Shown: positions 60,035 through 64,000 of the stretch, in pieces
How positions within the stretch are numbered: position 1 is the first letter of the stretch
Layout: each line of letters opens with the position of its first letter
Source: Adineta vaga
Taxonomy: Eukaryota; Animalia; Rotifera
DNA: 64,000 bases
Reading direction: 5' to 3'
NCBI GenBank assembly: GCA_021613535.1
Contig: CP075492.1
Location: 4,464,001-4,528,000 of the forward strand
Notes under the pieces: model-generated
What the model saw: the letters and a program-made list of their open reading frames with translations, nothing else
Database searches by the model: none
What the model was told of the DNA's origin: nothing
Made by a program: the position numbers and the translations under genes

Positions 60035-61924
60035 CTCGATGGGGGGTACAAATGAAATGTCAAGAAGAAAAAAAAAACGAGAAATAGTACCCAATTTTGC
60101 CTAACGTTAAAAAAAAGGAAAAAGCCGTACTTGAGCGGTAATTGTCTTCGTTGGTTGGTTTTTTTTTCTTAATCAACGAAGAAAAAGAAAGAATTCATCG
60201 ATCGTCTCAAACGACTGATGTTAAGCAGACAGGTAATTTTTTTTATTCAAAAATTCCTTTTTTCTACTTCCTGAAAACACAAAATAAGAATAATTACGAG
60301 TAAAAGAAAAGAAAAAGAACGTATATTGACATACTCAAAATAGAAAACTAAAACTAATTGAAATGAACGACTAAAAAAGTTGTTTATCAATCTTTTTCGA
60401 TGAATATGTGAAACGCCATCTGATTTTATGCTTAATAAAGAACTGGCAGTATTGTAAGAAGAGATTCTCCGATTATATTTTCGTAATAAACTGGTTTTCT
60501 AATTCAACGTAAACCTGCAATCGAATGAATGTTTAAGTTAATTAGTATTTATTATAAAATTACTCTTTGATCTATCCACATGCGACAGACGACCAATTCA
60601 TTGATCTCTAGTAGAGGATAACTTCGACACACAGTAGTATTGTTCATGGAAGGACATTTTTTCTTTCAAAACAGATTTCACAAGTGAGCACAATTCCTAT
60701 ATCAACTATACAATAGATTCAAATATCTGATAGATTAGTTTAAGATTCGATAATACTTGAATATTATATGTATTTTACCTCCTTGATAAATATACATATA
60801 TATATTTATCTATAATTAAGAACAAAAAAATTCGAACTAATCATATTTGGTTATACGCTATATGCACGTACATATTTATACACATTTAATTTATCCGTCG
60901 CGACAAATAAGCTATCACCATTTTTTCTGTACGAAGGTGATATTTTTACCTTTGATATCTTAACTTTTTTTGTTACATCGCCAGTAGAATTCGTATGTTG
61001 AATTCTTGATCATCTCTATAAAACTAATTCAATTTCATTCAATGAATGATATGAAAGACCAACCATGTAACCGGTTCCTAGAACTTATTTCAATCGAAAC
61101 AATCAACTACAGTATTCGGTGTTGTCACAACCGTATAACATAGATAGGAAAAGATGCTGAAGCCTTTTTTTATCTACTCCATTCTTATTATTCTGTTAAT
61201 TGTGTATCACGTATATTAAACAACAAATTGTACTACTATTCTCATAATCACCTGCCTTGTACATTCATAGCACGTTCTTGTAGATAATAAAATCGACAGT
61301 CTGTAGAGTACTGCACTTGACTGACGTCCAGTGAACTAACATTAAACTACTAGTTATTTTCTGTTGATTAGTAGTAATTTTGATGAAATAAATTCTTGTA
61401 TTGTTTGTTATGATCAGTCAAATATTTAACAATAGTGAAGAAATTCTTATTTGTTTTGGTGATAGAATGTTGCAGAAATAAAGATTTGTAGTGGAACGTA
61501 TTGACAAAAGCTGGATAAGACAACAGAGTTTATGATAGAATTATGATTTTAATCATTTCGAATGAGAAATGATTTTGATAATGACTTCATGAACATTGAG
61601 TATCTTCTAAAAAGTGATTGTTCTGTCTGATAAAAATATACATTCAAATCTTTCAGTGTTCACATTACAATAAAAAGTCATATAGATGGTTAAGTTTATA
61701 TCTAAAACGAAATCGTTGTAATTTCTAGAGAAAACATAAAATGATGTAATGATGAAAGATTAGATTACTATCCTGGAACGTATGTCATCGTTTTATCTAG
61801 TCAACTATCGTCAGGAGAAAACAGAATACATCATTGCGTTACTACGCAGCATTGACGTTATTCTCTTATCAGTTTAACATACTTATAAAAAAACCTACTT
61901 TTTACATCGACATATACATTTACA

Positions 61925-63779
61925 ATGTTTATAACAGTTGTATGTTTCATATTTTGTCTTATATCAACAACTCAATCACATAAAGTATTTTACTGTGATT
62001 TCGAAGAAACATGTGATGATTTTATATTTGATAATTATTGGATTGTTAACAATGTTTCAACACATGTTGATCATACTTATGGAAATCTTTCTGGTCATTA
62101 TATAACGTCGACTGATCTTGGAGTATTTAAACCGTCGATTACTTTTCGTACAAAAGATTGGATTGATGCACCAGAAAATTATACTGCATGTGTAAAACAA
62201 TGGATTTATTCGAATCAAACTAATATTGTTTTTACGATAGAACTTGCACAAGGAGATGATTTACAAGCACGAATATCAGGAGGTCGTTTAGGAATCAGTG
62301 GAAATAATTCGCGATGGATTGGTTCAGAGTTAATACCAATCCATAGTGGTTATTTCATTCCTTTTATTTCTTATTTTAATGTTACACAATCAATAGATCT
62401 TGATGATATATATGTGTCAGTATGTTCAAATTCAAGATTTACACCAACAATCAAAGTGTTCGAATGTGATTTCGATAAAACTTTATGTCCTGAGTTGACA
62501 CACTTTCGAATTATTCTTATAGTTGGTCAATTATTCAAGCAAAACAAGCTCAAAATTATACAATGCAAGCACCATCAGTAGACTATTCTGTTGGAGATCA
62601 AACAGGTCTTTTAACAAAAAGAAAATCTTTTATGAATAATTCATTTTTCCATTCATTTTCCAGGTCATTATCTCTGGTTAAATAATTCTGATTCGTTGAA
62701 ATGGGGTGGTGCTGGTTATTTAAATACACGTCTATTTAACTTTACAAGAGATGATCTTATATTTTGTCTTAGTTTTCGATATTACAGATTTGGAACAGCA
62801 TTTCATACCAGTAAACTAACAGTATTTGCATGGGATCAAACGAATGGTGAATCTCTCCTGCAAGTTTGGCCAATCAATCCAGTGAATTATACTTATTTCA
62901 ATCAACGATGGTAAGTGTGCTAAGATTTATATTTGAATAGTCTGAGTATTATTCTTCTCCTTTCGAATTAGGTCATGGGCATATGCACCATTACCGATAG
63001 GAAATTATTCTCTTCTATTTCGTATGGATTCCGAAGCTAGAGTAAATAGTTCATTTGCAATGGATTCAATTGATATTAGTTCATGTGGATATCAACAAAA
63101 TTATTTTCGTGGAAATTCATATTTAAATTTTGCATGTGATTTTGATTCAGATAATAATCATTATTGTGGTATTCGAGATGATTATAAAAATCTTTCACCT
63201 CAATATGTCCTTAATATCTCCATTGTAACACCAAATCGAATTAGTAATGGAGGACTTGGTCCAAAATATTCTTCTGGAATAAGTGGTGATTGGTTTCTTT
63301 ATTGGGGACGTTCTCAAGATACATCATCGACATTAGTTTACGGTCAATTTAAAACACCGTTGATCGAAACAAATGCAGATATGTGTATTCGATTTGCTTA
63401 TTTCGTTAATTCAACAAGTGTACAACTAGATGAACGTAATACTCAAATACAAGTGTTAACTTTAGATTGTACAAATGAAATTCTTTGGTCAAATAAATTA
63501 GATAATAGTCTTGGATGGCGAATAGTTACAATGTCGTTTATTCCTAATGCTTGTAGAGAATCGATTTATTTTCGAATTATTCATCCAAGACCAACTCCAG
63601 TAGCGGTTGCATTTGATGATATTACAATTGCTCCATGCAGTTCATTAGATGAGGTGACAACAGCTGTTCCACCAATTACAACAACACCTATCAATAAAAG
63701 TGCATCGAACTTTATTAATTTTACTCTTATTTTTACAACCCTAATTTTTCTTTTCAAATTGCAATTATCAGATGAATGA
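61925..63779 (+). pseudogene. Secreted, probably GPI-anchored protein with three MAM domains; one frameshift (pseudogene or sequence error)
   Basis: Signal peptide; three CDFE/CDFD starts; DHT..SGHY, CLSFRYY, CIRFAY and VAVAFDDITI; Thr/Pro stalk and hydrophobic tail. The frame shifts at about 62500. Confidence 0.75.
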
Positions 63780-64000
63780 GATATTTTGTCATGATAAAAT
63801 TTTGCTTTTTTTTTAATTATTTTCCCACAATAAATGAATTTCTATCAATATCATTGTTTCTAGTTAAGAACTGTTACCTACAGTTCGCTTCATTTCTTTC
63901 TACTTGCATGAAAACGTCTAATTTTTATACGGTCTGTACAAATACGAATGCTTCCTATAGTATTACAAAGTAACTGTACAGGGAAACACAGAAATATGAC

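Noticed and set aside
60930-61100. Mariner/MITE-like ends (tacgaaggtg..., ccggttcctagaactt)
   Set aside because: No convincing paired TIRs; cannot be supported without a repeat search.
63925-64000. Tc1/mariner TIR-like sequence (tacggtctgtacaaatacgaatgc) at the window edge
   Set aside because: Any partner terminus would lie outside the window, so it cannot be verified.

Overview
Eukaryotic, strongly AT-rich, gene-dense genomic DNA with many very short (about 50-65 nt) GT-AG introns. The mix of metazoan housekeeping genes, several divergent rhodopsin-type GPCRs and intron-bearing genes of bacterial or fungal type suggests a bdelloid rotifer (Adineta/Rotaria-like); this is an inference. About 25 genes were reconstructed by manual splicing. 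Native-looking genes: an MRCK/Cdc42-binding kinase with three CRIB motifs, FANK1, OSTC, RPL23A, COP1, a DNAJA co-chaperone, four GPCRs, an EF-hand protein, an SH3/PDZ-ligand orphan, tandem 4-TM paralogues and a frameshifted triple-MAM protein. Candidate horizontally acquired genes: a fungal-type GMC oxidoreductase (10.2-12.3 kb) and, clustered at 43-60 kb, a fungal AmdS-type amidase, a decayed NRPS with a microhomology-flanked internal deletion, an intronless RimJ/RimL-type GNAT and a Bacteroidetes-type ammonia-dependent NAD synthetase (NadE) with a spliceosomal intron. No rRNA, tRNA, CRISPR array or intact transposon was recognised. All family assignments come from motif recognition, not database searches.
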